Assembly: GCA_963695855.1 (NCBI GenBank) | Contig: CAVOHZ010000010.1 | Coordinates: 768,001 to 832,000 of the forward strand | Direction of reading: 5' to 3' | From: an uncultured Nitrososphaerales archaeon | GTDB lineage: Archaea; Thermoproteota; Nitrososphaeria; Nitrososphaerales; Nitrososphaeraceae | DNA: 64,000 bases | In this document: positions 10,337 through 20,959 of the stretch, one piece after another | How positions within the stretch are numbered: position 1 is the stretch's first letter | Layout: every line of letters begins with the position of its first letter | Notes under the pieces: generated by a model | Seen by the model: only the letters and a program-made list of their open reading frames with translations | What the model was told of the DNA's origin: nothing | Databases searched by the model: none | Position numbers and translations under genes: made by a program

Positions 10337-13094
10337 TAAGTTTAGCCCATCGAAGGCTGAATTTGAACATATTGAAAAAATTATAACCAGTCAATATTAT
10401 GATTATGGGTTTAATTCGCTTACTCGTATACAAAACTTAGCTTTAAAGGTGATAGTCAGAGATTATAATTGCCTCTTAGTAGCACCAACTGGATCAGGTA
10501 AAACAGAAGCTGCGGTATTACCTATAATTAAGTTGCTTTCTTTATTTAAAGGAGAAACAGGGATCAAAGTGATTTATGTGACCCCCTTAAGATCTCTTAA
10601 TAATGATGTTTTGCGTAGAATAATTCGATATGCGCACACAGAGAAATTAACTGTCGAAATAAGACACGGTGACACCCCAGCCAAAACGAAAAAGAAAATA
10701 ACTCTTAATCCTCCAGATATCTTGATAACTACACCTGAATCGATTCCAATACTTTTAACTATCGAGAATCTGTTAAAAGCTTTTCAATCCTTAAAATGGG
10801 TTATTATTGATGAAGTCCATGAATTGGTGTCCAATGAACGAGGTTCTCATTTGTCTCTATCGCTTGAAAGATTGCAGCAACATTCTAGGAATATTATAAC
10901 AAGAATAGGACTATCAGCAACATTGGGGAATGTAAAAGAAACAGGTAAGTTTCTGGTGGGATCAAATCATAAATGTGCAATTCTTCAAGACCGATCTGTG
11001 AGAGAATATGATCTCAAGATAAAATTTGTAAACGGTTCCATTTATAATGTAGCCAAATTTATTGTAGAATATATAAAGACGAATAATATTTCAGGTTCCG
11101 TTCTTCTATTTACTAACACAAGGGACGAAGCTGAATATTTCGGGACCATTCTTAAGACTCAAAAGGAAGTTAATGTAGATGTACACCATGGTTCTTTATC
11201 AAAAGAAATTCGCGAAGATGCTGAACACAAATTAAGAACCGGTGCTGCGGGAATAGTCGTATGTACCTCTTCATTAGAATTAGGTTTGGATATTGGTTCT
11301 GTTGATCTGGTAATCCATTATGGTTCTCCCAGACAAGTTTCAAAATTAATGCAAAGAATTGGGAGAAGTCGTCATCAAAACCGACGTTCAGCTAAAGGGT
11401 TGATTGTTACTAATATTCCTGATGATGAAGTTGAGTGTATTGCATTAATTAGAAGAATGCGAAATAGATCTGTTGAACAACAATCAATACATCTCAAGTC
11501 TCTTGATGTTCTGTCCCATCATTTGGTAGGATTGACGTTAGAAAGAAAGGATGACGTTAGTGTTGACAAAACTTTTTCTATTGTGACAAGAGCATATCCT
11601 TTCCTTAATCTTTCAACACGTACTCTTGAATCCTGCTTGGATCTTCTTGATAGAAATAAAATAATAATGTATAATAGAGAAACCAATACATTTAGACGTA
11701 GAATCAAATCATATAAATATTATTTTGAAAATATATCCATGATTCCTCATATTCTCAAGTTTCAAGTAATAGATTTCATTAGTAAAAAAAAGATAGGAAC
11801 ATTGGATCAAAAATTCGTGGGTGATTATGGAGAGAAAGGAAATGTATTTGTACTCAAAGGTACCCAATGGAGGGTCATATCAATTGACGAATCGAAATTC
11901 GAGGTCAACGTAGAGCCATTATATGGAACTAACATTAATGTTCCGCATTGGGTAGGTGAATTAATTCCAGTTGATTATTACACCGCTGAAGAAGTGGGAA
12001 AAGTCAGAAACTTCATAGTGGGAAAAAAAATAGGTGTAGACAATTCAGTAATGGATGATTTTTTCAAGACATTCAATCTTGTTCCAGACACCAAGAAAAT
12101 CGTGGTAGAAAGTTCTGATACTCAAAATCAAATTGTCATTCATTCCACATTCGGTACAAAAGTAAATAATACCTTGTCATCGTTATTTTCTACAATTATT
12201 TCAGCGAAATTAGGATACATAGTAGAAACTCGAAGTGATCCATATAGAATTCTTTTAACATCTTCTGCAAGAATTACTAAATTTCACATTCAATCTGTAC
12301 TTGATGGTGATTACGATATTGAATCAATCCTGATCGCGTCTCTAAATAATACTTATCTTTTAAATTGGAAAGTGTGGATGGTAGCGAAAAGACTTGGTAT
12401 AATTAGTAAAGAGGCACTATATGATAAAAAAATTGCAAGGTTGATTTATGATAGATACGCTAAAACACCACTAAGTGAAGAGTCGATCAGAGAATTAATT
12501 CATGAAAAACATGATATCTTACTGACTAGACATGTATTAAATGATTTTAAAAAACAAATTATCAATTTGCATTGGGTTAGAATATCGGATTTCTCAGAAC
12601 TAGCTAAACCAATCCTTGATCATTCAACTAAATTATCCTCAGCCCCTAACTCTATTGAGACCGGTATTATAGAGATTATAAAAGAAAGACTTGACAAGAC
12701 GAAACAAAAACTTATATGTATACGATGCGGAAAATGGGAACGTACATTTACTGTCCATGAGACTCCTTCAAATATCGTATGCACATATTGCAAATCTCGA
12801 CTCATAACACTTACTTCTTGGTATGATAACGACCTCAAAAAAATAATATTAAAAAAAATTGAAAGAAAGATGTTAAAGCAGGACGAATCTCATAAGTTTG
12901 AACGTGCATGGAAAATATCTTCTTTGATAAATAATTTTGGAAAAAAAGCTGTATTAGTACTTGCAGGACATGGAATCGGTGCTGATACAGCGGCGAGAAT
13001 CCTGCGTGATTATGTAGATGATGAAGAAATATTCAGACAAATATACAAGGCAGAACGACAATACGTAATGACAAGAGGATTTTGGGACAATTAG
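10284..13094 (+). CDS. lhr: Lhr-like SF2 DEAD/DEAH helicase (archaeal type with C-terminal Zn finger)
   Basis: APTGSGKTEAA, DEVHEL, GLSAT, HHGSLS, SLELGLD, QRIGRS; C-terminal CxxC...CxxC and GIGADTAARIL. Confidence 0.92.
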   Translation: MKNLIHNQNRRNQQIVNNKFSPSKAEFEHIEKIITSQYYDYGFNSLTRIQNLALKVIVRDYNCLLVAPTGSGKTEAAVLPIIKLLSLFKGETGIKVIYVTPLRSLNNDVLRRIIRYAHTEKLTVEIRHGDTPAKTKKKITLNPPDILITTPESIPILLTIENLLKAFQSLKWVIIDEVHELVSNERGSHLSLSLERLQQHSRNIITRIGLSATLGNVKETGKFLVGSNHKCAILQDRSVREYDLKIKFVNGSIYNVAKFIVEYIKTNNISGSVLLFTNTRDEAEYFGTILKTQKEVNVDVHHGSLSKEIREDAEHKLRTGAAGIVVCTSSLELGLDIGSVDLVIHYGSPRQVSKLMQRIGRSRHQNRRSAKGLIVTNIPDDEVECIALIRRMRNRSVEQQSIHLKSLDVLSHHLVGLTLERKDDVSVDKTFSIVTRAYPFLNLSTRTLESCLDLLDRNKIIMYNRETNTFRRRIKSYKYYFENISMIPHILKFQVIDFISKKKIGTLDQKFVGDYGEKGNVFVLKGTQWRVISIDESKFEVNVEPLYGTNINVPHWVGELIPVDYYTAEEVGKVRNFIVGKKIGVDNSVMDDFFKTFNLVPDTKKIVVESSDTQNQIVIHSTFGTKVNNTLSSLFSTIISAKLGYIVETRSDPYRILLTSSARITKFHIQSVLDGDYDIESILIASLNNTYLLNWKVWMVAKRLGIISKEALYDKKIARLIYDRYAKTPLSEESIRELIHEKHDILLTRHVLNDFKKQIINLHWVRISDFSELAKPILDHSTKLSSAPNSIETGIIEIIKERLDKTKQKLICIRCGKWERTFTVHETPSNIVCTYCKSRLITLTSWYDNDLKKIILKKIERKMLKQDESHKFERAWKISSLINNFGKKAVLVLAGHGIGADTAARILRDYVDDEEIFRQIYKAERQYVMTRGFWDN

Positions 13095-13100
13095 CTATTT

Positions 13101-14549
13101 TTAATTTATTTTTCTAATCTCAGAAAATCCTTTTAACGTTATTTCAATTTTATTCTCTCTTCCCATTCCTGCAACTGCTCCAATAACTTTAATTCGATTG
13201 CCCACAACCAGTTTTGAAATTAGGCGACTCTGCTCTCTCCATCCTGTTAATCTAATTTCTCCAGTATCGTCTCCTATAAGGGTATCACTTACTGTAACAT
13301 TTTCTCCACTTTTTGTTGTTATTTCGGACGTATTGGGAGATTGTAAAACAATTGCTTCTATTATGTAAGGTTTATCAGAAATTTCTATATTCTTAATTTT
13401 TGATTCTAGCTCTAGTTCATCAGGGAAAGACTCGTACTTGTCATCTATAATTCTAATAAATGAATCTTCATCGGTAAAATAAAAAATATTTCCAAATACC
13501 TTATTAGGTATTCCTTCAATAATTGTATTAGAGATTATTTCTTCATTAATTATTTTACGATCTATCACTACAGAAACAAAATTCCTATTTTTGTCTATAG
13601 CCAGGTAGTTTTCATTTAGTGTGTCTTCTTTGTTCGAATTTGAGATGATTTTCAAAATTACTACCTTTCCCTCTTCTACTTTCTCCTCTGAATCAATGAT
13701 CTCTATTATGGTAGATTCGTCTCCATGTATCTCTAATTCTTCTCCGCTATATTGAGGATTTCCTTGTTTGATTCTTACCCCTGTTAACTTTATTTTAGAA
13801 CCACTGATAAAAATATCAGGAATTTTATCTTCGTTTATGTTCCAAATAACGCTTCGAAGAGATCTACTTTTATCTTCATTTGATAATATCACTTGTAATG
13901 ATTTGCCAGGTTCATTCCTAAAGTTGGTGTATCTTGATATTCTTGGATTGGATGATATGTATCCAGTTACCACGATATTTTCTATAGGTTCTCGTATTTC
14001 TCCAATATTTTTGGTTCGTTGGTCAATTGATGGGATATCTGTATCATCTTTAATTGTCTCTAATATGCCTCTTGTACCTAAATTTATGATGGGTTTGTTA
14101 TCTAAGCCGGACTTAACATAACCATGTGAAATTTTTATGATGTCGCCAGGTTTTAGTTTCTCATTTTCAGGAAAATTAACATGATTATCCCATAGTCTCA
14201 ATTTAATGGATGAAAAGCTATCATAGATTGTTAATGTTCTAGTCTGTATTTCCTCATTTGTGTCTCTTCTTGTATATCTCTTAATTGGATATACGTTTAT
14301 TATTCTTGCAACAAGGTTAACATCGTTTGCCCCTATGTAAAGGTCCTTTATATAGGTTTGAACATCTTGTGCACTATCAAATGATATACCAAGATCCGAT
14401 GCTACAAGAAATAATGCACCTTGGTCCGTCAAGTAACCAGCACCGATTTTTCTTTTCTTCTCATCTATTAGATCTCTTATTTCTTCAGCAGTTATTTCTG
14501 GCAGCTGTTTGAGAATAATTTCAATCATTTTCTTAAATTCTAGTGACAA
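13101..14549 (-). CDS. Replication protein A / multi-OB-fold single-stranded DNA-binding protein
   Basis: N-terminal GYLTDQGALFLVA and repeated OB motifs (IYD...IKLRLWD, GDDTGEIRLTGW). Confidence 0.88.
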   Translation of the reverse strand: MSLEFKKMIEIILKQLPEITAEEIRDLIDEKKRKIGAGYLTDQGALFLVASDLGISFDSAQDVQTYIKDLYIGANDVNLVARIINVYPIKRYTRRDTNEEIQTRTLTIYDSFSSIKLRLWDNHVNFPENEKLKPGDIIKISHGYVKSGLDNKPIINLGTRGILETIKDDTDIPSIDQRTKNIGEIREPIENIVVTGYISSNPRISRYTNFRNEPGKSLQVILSNEDKSRSLRSVIWNINEDKIPDIFISGSKIKLTGVRIKQGNPQYSGEELEIHGDESTIIEIIDSEEKVEEGKVVILKIISNSNKEDTLNENYLAIDKNRNFVSVVIDRKIINEEIISNTIIEGIPNKVFGNIFYFTDEDSFIRIIDDKYESFPDELELESKIKNIEISDKPYIIEAIVLQSPNTSEITTKSGENVTVSDTLIGDDTGEIRLTGWREQSRLISKLVVGNRIKVIGAVAGMGRENKIEITLKGFSEIRKIN

Positions 14550-14943
14550 AGTATATCTATCATTTTATACTATATTACTATCCTATATGTTTTAATCCAT
14601 TGCAAATTGATAACATTTATTTTTTAAATATTCTTGAATTAAATTATCGAATAAAAAACATTTTTTCCTTTTAAATCATTCTTAAATCAATTAAATATTT
14701 AAAAGCATTAAATTTACTATTTCTGGATAACTATTAACAGTTCAACTAGATTATATCTTTGGTCAAAACTTTAAATAAATTAATACAATAATAATATGAA
14801 AACTATCTTCATATTTATAATATCTCTGGTTTTCTTACCAAATGTTTTTGTCCAAACTTCGACTGATCTAATGATCAAAGATATTCGAACTAATCATATT
14901 ATCAACCTATCATTTTTATTAAGAGAATAAATATTCTATAGTT

Positions 14944-15270
14944 ATGATAATTCGTTATTTTGTGGAGCCTGAGATTAACTATGTTTATAATGAAAACGGT
15001 AATCTGGATTCTGAAATTCAATCAGGTTATGGTAGTGAAGTAATAGGAGATCTAGAATATTGTTGTGAAGCTTTAGAAAAAAATTTCTGGTTAGAATTGA
15101 TGGATCCAGAATATTATGAAGATGACAATCCGAGGAAAATAAAGGAGCCAAAGATAGTTCTTGGATTTGCAAATTACTCTGGTGGTTATACAATTGTAGG
15201 TGGTGAAGATGGAATTAAATTTTGTCCGTTTTGTGGCGAAAAAATTGTTTTAGAATTAGTAGAACGATAA
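14944..15270 (+). CDS. Small acidic hypothetical protein with CC and CPFCG metal-binding motifs
   Basis: YCCEAL...IKFCPFCGEKI in an ORF set in AT-rich flanks. Confidence 0.65.
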   Translation: MIIRYFVEPEINYVYNENGNLDSEIQSGYGSEVIGDLEYCCEALEKNFWLELMDPEYYEDDNPRKIKEPKIVLGFANYSGGYTIVGGEDGIKFCPFCGEKIVLELVER

Positions 15271-15497
15271 GAATTATTAAAAATCACTATTACAAGAATT
15301 TGAAAATTTTCATCTGATAATAATTAAAAATATTCTTAAACAACACATATAATAATAATTGCTGTTTGAATAGATTTTTACATAAAATCTGAAGTATTTG
15401 ATTTTCTTATTGAGGTTTTGATGACTTATAAATAAATATGAATTTTTTAAAGGATATTATTTATATCGACTTCTCATAAATATGTAATACGGCAAAT

Positions 15498-15998
15498 GTG
15501 AACGGATACTCTTTCATAGCCGATGCGATGTTAGGTAAAATTGCAAGAAAATTAAGGATGTTTGGTTATGATACCGTCTATGATTCGAATGCAAAAGATG
15601 ATTATTTTATATTTCCAGAAGTTCATACTAATAGAATAATATTAACAAGTGACAGAGAATTGTTTAATAGATGTAGGAAAAAAAGTTTTAGCATAATTTT
15701 GCTTAATAAGAAAACTGAATTTGAAAATTTAGTAACCATTTTTTTATCCTTAAAAGTAAAATATATAGATCCAAACCTTTCTTTTTCCCGCTGTACAATT
15801 TGTAATGGTTTATTAGGTGTTGTTGATAGCGATAATATTTTTTTTGATGCAAATCATAAATTACTTAAATTAAATAATATTAAAGAATTTTACAAGTGTA
15901 AAATTTGTAAAAAGATTTACTGGAAAGGAAGTCATGTGAATAATATGCTAGATTTAATTAAAAAAATAAATATGGAACTTTCAAGTCAAAAAAAGTAA
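15498..15998 (+). CDS. Mut7-C RNase (PIN-like) domain protein
   Basis: FIADAMLGKIARKLRMFGYD, ILTSDREL, RCTICNG and CKICKKIYWKGSH. Confidence 0.9.
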   Translation: MNGYSFIADAMLGKIARKLRMFGYDTVYDSNAKDDYFIFPEVHTNRIILTSDRELFNRCRKKSFSIILLNKKTEFENLVTIFLSLKVKYIDPNLSFSRCTICNGLLGVVDSDNIFFDANHKLLKLNNIKEFYKCKICKKIYWKGSHVNNMLDLIKKINMELSSQKK

Positions 15999-16307
15999 TG
16001 GGACAACTCTTTTCATGTGAACTATTTGTTCTTATTCCCTAATTAGTTTTTGATATTTATGTTTATTACTTTTTTTTGCATATTTATTATTTAATCCACA
16101 ATCATTCCAACTGCTAAAAACATAGTATAAGGAAACCATGTTTACAATTTTTATCTCATCTTCATAAGAGATGAATATGCATATCTAGGTATAAAGATGT
16201 AAATTATGGGAAAAATTATGTTCCAAATGAAAAGTAGATTATCTACTACATCAAATATGTTTCTATATATAATAACTATAATCACAGGGATCGTTTACGA
16301 TCATTTC

Positions 16308-16988
16308 TTATTTGTATAATTTGATTCGTAACAGTTCATAAGCCTTTGCCGCATCCCCTTCACTGATTATTAAAACTATTTCATTTGGAGTAAATAACGC
16401 ATTATGTAATAAAATTTGATTATTATAAAGAATATTTGAAATCATCGATAATAGTTGGTATGTTTTTTTAAATTCTGTTTCAGACCAAGGCAACGTAATA
16501 TTTATCATGGATATTCCTTCTTTAATTGTGTCAGGTTGGTTTTTTAATTCATCTCTAAAAATTTTCTTTATCTCATTAATATTTTCAACAAATAATTTAA
16601 TATGATTTCTTGTTTGAAAAAAATTAAATCGAATATCCCAGTCTTTGTCAAAAAGATTTAAAATTCTTTCCATATTTTCAATTTCCATTCCAAAATCCAC
16701 ATCAAGTATACTTCCAGTTAAAGATATTCTTGCACCTTTGATTGATTCTAAATTGTCATTAGACACATAAGAGTTCTCTCCTTGAATCACATCAGCTAAT
16801 CTTTTTATTCCCACTACAATTGTATTGATGTTTACCTCCGACTTCGTCATCTTCTCCACTTCAGTTTTTATCTTTATAGCTAATGCAGTGTAATTAGCAA
16901 TACCTGTCTTTAGTGCGTTTATATAAAGACTGTTAGAATATAGTATCTCTCTAATAGCATGAGAAACGCTAGGTATTCTTGAGTACAT
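16308..16988 (-). CDS. Conserved archaeal protein with an ACT-like C-terminal domain
   Basis: ALKTGIANYTALA.KI N-terminal motif; C-terminal EIVLIISEGDAAKAYELL. Confidence 0.72.
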   Translation of the reverse strand: MYSRIPSVSHAIREILYSNSLYINALKTGIANYTALAIKIKTEVEKMTKSEVNINTIVVGIKRLADVIQGENSYVSNDNLESIKGARISLTGSILDVDFGMEIENMERILNLFDKDWDIRFNFFQTRNHIKLFVENINEIKKIFRDELKNQPDTIKEGISMINITLPWSETEFKKTYQLLSMISNILYNNQILLHNALFTPNEIVLIISEGDAAKAYELLRIKLYK

Positions 16989-17062
16989 ATTTATTACATG
17001 ATGAAATAGATATTACATCAATTTATTCTTAATTTATTTTTGTGTCATAGCCAATTTCTATT

Positions 17063-17551
17063 TTATTGAATATTCTTTTCTTCTTCCTTGATTGTCCTGC
17101 AGCATCTTCCATAAGGAATGGGGTGTCCATGTGGACAAAATCTTGGATGATTTAATAGTATGCATAATGCATCTGTAAATTTAGTTTTCATATGATGTTC
17201 TATTCCACAGACCATTTCTTCATCTATCTCTATTTTTAGCGCATCATTCATCATAACTTCTAATAACCGTGTATTACGGATCATCTGTTTTCCTATTTTT
17301 TCGCCTTTTAGTGTTAACTGGACTAAATTTCCTTTTTCGTATGAAACAAGATTTGAATCATTAAGCTTATGCAACATTTGAACTACCGAGGGTTGTTTTA
17401 CATTCAATAATTTTGCTATTGAACTGACCTTTATCTCTTTACCCATTTCACGAATGAACCAAATCGCTTTTAAATACATCTCTGTATGTTCAGATTCCGC
17501 TGTCCCTAGATACAAGGCCTCCTCGCTAACCATCTCTGGAGATATCTTCAA
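17063..17551 (-). CDS. DtxR/MntR-family metal-dependent transcriptional regulator
   Basis: EMYLKAIW, IAKLLNVKQPSVVQML, RLLE, CGIEHH and CPHGHPIP. Confidence 0.92.
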   Translation of the reverse strand: MKISPEMVSEEALYLGTAESEHTEMYLKAIWFIREMGKEIKVSSIAKLLNVKQPSVVQMLHKLNDSNLVSYEKGNLVQLTLKGEKIGKQMIRNTRLLEVMMNDALKIEIDEEMVCGIEHHMKTKFTDALCILLNHPRFCPHGHPIPYGRCCRTIKEEEKNIQ

Positions 17552-17641
17552 GCTTACGTTACTCCTTTTGTTTATTCCAACTATTAACTTTTACCAACTT
17601 TTAGAAACTAAATTTAAATCCCTCCGTGTCTGAATATTTAG

Positions 17642-18790
17642 ATGATGTCTACTATTAATCAGATTACTGTTGTTGGATCTGGTGCTATGGGTCATGGCAT
17701 TGCACAAATATCAGCAATGGTCGGTTATGAAGTTGTTATCCGAGATATCCAACAATCTTTTCTTGATAAAGCGATGGAGAAAATAAACTGGTCGGTAAAT
17801 AAATTAGTGGAGAAGAAAAAAATTAATCAAACTGAAGCAGAAAAGATAATCAGCAGGATTCATCCGATCGTGGATATACAACAGTCATTAAAAAACTCCG
17901 AGCTAATAATAGAAGCTGTTCCAGAAGATTTACAATTAAAACATAAAGTATATCAAGAATTAGATAAATATGCCGATAAGAATGTAATTTTTGCATCAAA
18001 TACCAGTACCTTACCAATATCTGAAATTTCGTCATTTACTTCAAGACCAAACAGGTTTATAGGCCTACATTTTTTTAATCCTCCTCAATTGATGAAATTA
18101 GTCGAGGTAATACCTGGAGATAAAACAGATAAACAAATTACAGATTTAATAATTAATTTTGTCAACAAGATAGGAAAGATTCCTATTTTGTGCAAAAAAG
18201 ATGTCCCTGGCTTCATAGTTAACAGAATTTTTATCCCCCTTGTCCATGAAGCAGTGTATTCTTTAGATAGATCAAAATCATCACTTGCTGAAGTAGATTC
18301 AGCATCAAAATATAAAATGGCCTTGCCTATGGGTATTTTTGAATTAGCAGATTATACGGGTATTGACGTTATACATAAAGCAACAAATGAAATGTATTCT
18401 CGTGATAAAAAGGTAATATTTCCACATCCAAAAATTCAGGAATTATTTGAAAATAAAGAATTGGGTCAAAAGACAGGAAAAGGATTCTATCAGTATCAAG
18501 GAGATAACTATGAAAGAATACAGCTTACAGAAGAATTGGCAGAAAAGTTTGATCCGATCTCTTTAGTATCAGTGGCAGTCAATAATGCCTCATGGTTACT
18601 TTCTAACGGAGTATGCAACAAGAATGAGCTTGAGGAGGCCTTAATGCTAGGAATGGGATTAAAAAGAGAATTATTTGAGACAGCGGAAATTTTTGGAATA
18701 AATAATATAATCGATAAATTACAATATCTCAGTTCGGAATTTGGAATGTTCTATGAACCAGACAAATATTTACTAGCTATGAAAAAATAG
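17642..18790 (+). CDS. 3-hydroxyacyl-CoA (3-hydroxybutyryl-CoA) dehydrogenase
   Basis: VVGSGAMGHGIAQ, EAVPE, ASNTSTLPI, GLHFFNPP, GFIVNR and GQKTGKGFY. Confidence 0.93.
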   Translation: MMSTINQITVVGSGAMGHGIAQISAMVGYEVVIRDIQQSFLDKAMEKINWSVNKLVEKKKINQTEAEKIISRIHPIVDIQQSLKNSELIIEAVPEDLQLKHKVYQELDKYADKNVIFASNTSTLPISEISSFTSRPNRFIGLHFFNPPQLMKLVEVIPGDKTDKQITDLIINFVNKIGKIPILCKKDVPGFIVNRIFIPLVHEAVYSLDRSKSSLAEVDSASKYKMALPMGIFELADYTGIDVIHKATNEMYSRDKKVIFPHPKIQELFENKELGQKTGKGFYQYQGDNYERIQLTEELAEKFDPISLVSVAVNNASWLLSNGVCNKNELEEALMLGMGLKRELFETAEIFGINNIIDKLQYLSSEFGMFYEPDKYLLAMKK

Positions 18791-18816
18791 AATCAAAAAA
18801 TAAAAACAATATTTTC

Positions 18817-19323
18817 TTACTTTTTAATATATTTAATAATGTGTTCAACTGCTCTTTTTGGGCTAGTCGTTTTTTGAATCATTATTCTTTTTCGTTCATC
18901 TAAAAATTTTCCGCCGTAACTATCAGCAATTCCACCGCTTCCAGTAATTGCTACCATTTTCTTTTTTAGCATATAACCCACAGTTACCTCAGTCAACGTA
19001 CCAACTCCACCTCCAACAACTATAATACCATCTGCTGAAGTCGCTACAATGAAGTCCCTGCTGTAGCCTATTCCAGTAGGTATTACGATGTCGCAATATT
19101 TATTTGCAAATGAGAAATCATCTTGAGGGATAATTCCGATAGTTATACCTCCATTATCATTCGCACCATTACATGCGGCTTCCATTACTCCACCAAGACC
19201 TCCACAGACCAAAACAGAGCCCGATAACGCAATCTCTTTTCCTACGTCATATCCTATTTTTCTTGCAATAGCGGTACAAATATTCTCATTATAACCAATT
19301 ACAGAAATCTGTGTTTTACGCAT
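18817..19323 (-). CDS. TIGR00725 / LOG-like Rossmann-fold protein
   Basis: VCGGLGGVMEAAC.GA, TGIGYSRD and GGGVGTLTE. Confidence 0.88.
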   Translation of the reverse strand: MRKTQISVIGYNENICTAIARKIGYDVGKEIALSGSVLVCGGLGGVMEAACNGANDNGGITIGIIPQDDFSFANKYCDIVIPTGIGYSRDFIVATSADGIIVVGGGVGTLTEVTVGYMLKKKMVAITGSGGIADSYGGKFLDERKRIMIQKTTSPKRAVEHIIKYIKK

Positions 19324-19441
19324 TTAATACAAAGAATCATCTTATTTTAAATTTTTTTGGTTAATTTAAATGATATAATATCGCTAACAAGTTGAAAAAT
19401 CTACATTAAATATATTTGAAAATAGAATATATATCACCCTA

Positions 19442-20713
19442 ATGTCCTCTGTGCATATGGAATATAGAGTCAAAGATATTATACTTTCTAATACTGGTAA
19501 AAAAAGAATTGATTGGGCAGAGTCACATATGCCTGTCCTTTATGCTTTAAGAAAAAAATTCGAAGCTACAAAACCTCTAGAAGATATCAAAGTATCTGGT
19601 TGTCTTCATGTCACAAAAGAAACTGGTGTCTTGGTTAGAACTTTAAAAGCTGCTGGTGCTCAAATCTCTTGGTGTGGTTGCAATCCTTTAAGTACCCAAG
19701 ATGATGTTGCTGCTTCTCTCGCACAGGATGAGGAAATAGCCATTTTTGCGAGCAGAGGAGTGTCTACAGAGCAATATTATGAAGATATTTATTCTACTAT
19801 AAAACAAGGTCCTAATCTCACTATCGATGACGGTGCTGACCTTACCGTTGAGATTCACAATAAATTTGCTTCTAATGGATTCGATCTACTTGGGGGAACG
19901 GAAGAAACAACTACCGGAGTGATTAGATTGAGAGCTATGGAAAAATCTGGTAAATTGTTATATCCAATTATTGCAGTAAATGATGCCGAGACAAAACACG
20001 ATTTTGATAACGTGTATGGTACAGGCCAATCCGCACTCGATGGGATTATTCGTGCAACAAATGTACTGATTGCTGGAAAAAACATAGTTGTAGCCGGATA
20101 TGGTCATGTAGGTAAGGGAATAGCTAGAAGAGCTTCAGGCTTGGGTGCAAACGTGATAGTTACTGAAGTGGATCCAATTGCTGCACTTAAAGCGAAACTT
20201 GATGGATATTCAGTAACATACATGAATGATGCAGTATCTAAAGCTGATATTTTTATTACTGCTACTGGTTGTAAAGATGTCATTTCATATACACATATTT
20301 TGAACATGAAGGATGGTGCTATCCTTGCAAATGCAGGGCATTTCAATGTTGAAATTTCCGTTTCTGAATTGGAAAGGAATTCAATTAAGAAAGAATCCAT
20401 TAATGAAAGTACTATGCTATATCAATTATCTAAAGATAAAAAGATCTATTTGATCGGAGAAGGCCGTCTGGTTAATCTAGCGGCAGCGGAAGGACATCCT
20501 TCTGAAGTTATGGATATGAGTTTTGCAAATCAATTTTTGGCTGTTCTAAAACTTTCTAAAGTTGGTAAGGATTTGAGACCAAGTGTTTACAATGTAGATA
20601 AAAGTCAAGATCAAGAGATTGCAATGTCAAAACTTGGTTCAATGAATGTAAAAATTGATGTTCTTTCCCCCGGACAACAAGAATATCTTTCTGGTTTTAG
20701 CGAAGGAACTTGA
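19442..20713 (+). CDS. ahcY: S-adenosylhomocysteine hydrolase
   Basis: GCLHVTKET, NPLSTQD, EETTTG, KHDFDNVYGTGQS and GRLVNLAAAEGHP. Confidence 0.97.
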   Translation: MSSVHMEYRVKDIILSNTGKKRIDWAESHMPVLYALRKKFEATKPLEDIKVSGCLHVTKETGVLVRTLKAAGAQISWCGCNPLSTQDDVAASLAQDEEIAIFASRGVSTEQYYEDIYSTIKQGPNLTIDDGADLTVEIHNKFASNGFDLLGGTEETTTGVIRLRAMEKSGKLLYPIIAVNDAETKHDFDNVYGTGQSALDGIIRATNVLIAGKNIVVAGYGHVGKGIARRASGLGANVIVTEVDPIAALKAKLDGYSVTYMNDAVSKADIFITATGCKDVISYTHILNMKDGAILANAGHFNVEISVSELERNSIKKESINESTMLYQLSKDKKIYLIGEGRLVNLAAAEGHPSEVMDMSFANQFLAVLKLSKVGKDLRPSVYNVDKSQDQEIAMSKLGSMNVKIDVLSPGQQEYLSGFSEGT

Positions 20714-20774
20714 TCTTCTTTTAAGGTCATGAAAGAAATAAAGGAACCTAAATCCTCTTATTGTATATCCTTTT

Positions 20775-20849
20775 GGATGGGTAGTCTAGCCTGGTTAAGA
20801 TACCTGTCTCACACACAGGTGATCGAGAGTTCAAATCTCTCCTCATCCA
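20775..20849 (+). tRNA. tRNA-Val (anticodon CAC), no intron, CCA not encoded
   Basis: Acceptor stem GGATGGG/CTCATCC, anticodon arm CCTGT-CTCACAC-ACAGG, T arm GAGAG-TTCAAAT-CTCTC. Confidence 0.95.
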
Positions 20850-20959
20850 TCAATTAAACAATAAATCCGATCCTTTTTACAGGGCTTTATGCCTTCCTGT
20901 TAAAATTTTTCAATATATAATAACAGAATTAAAAAAATTCGTTGATATTCCAAGACTGG

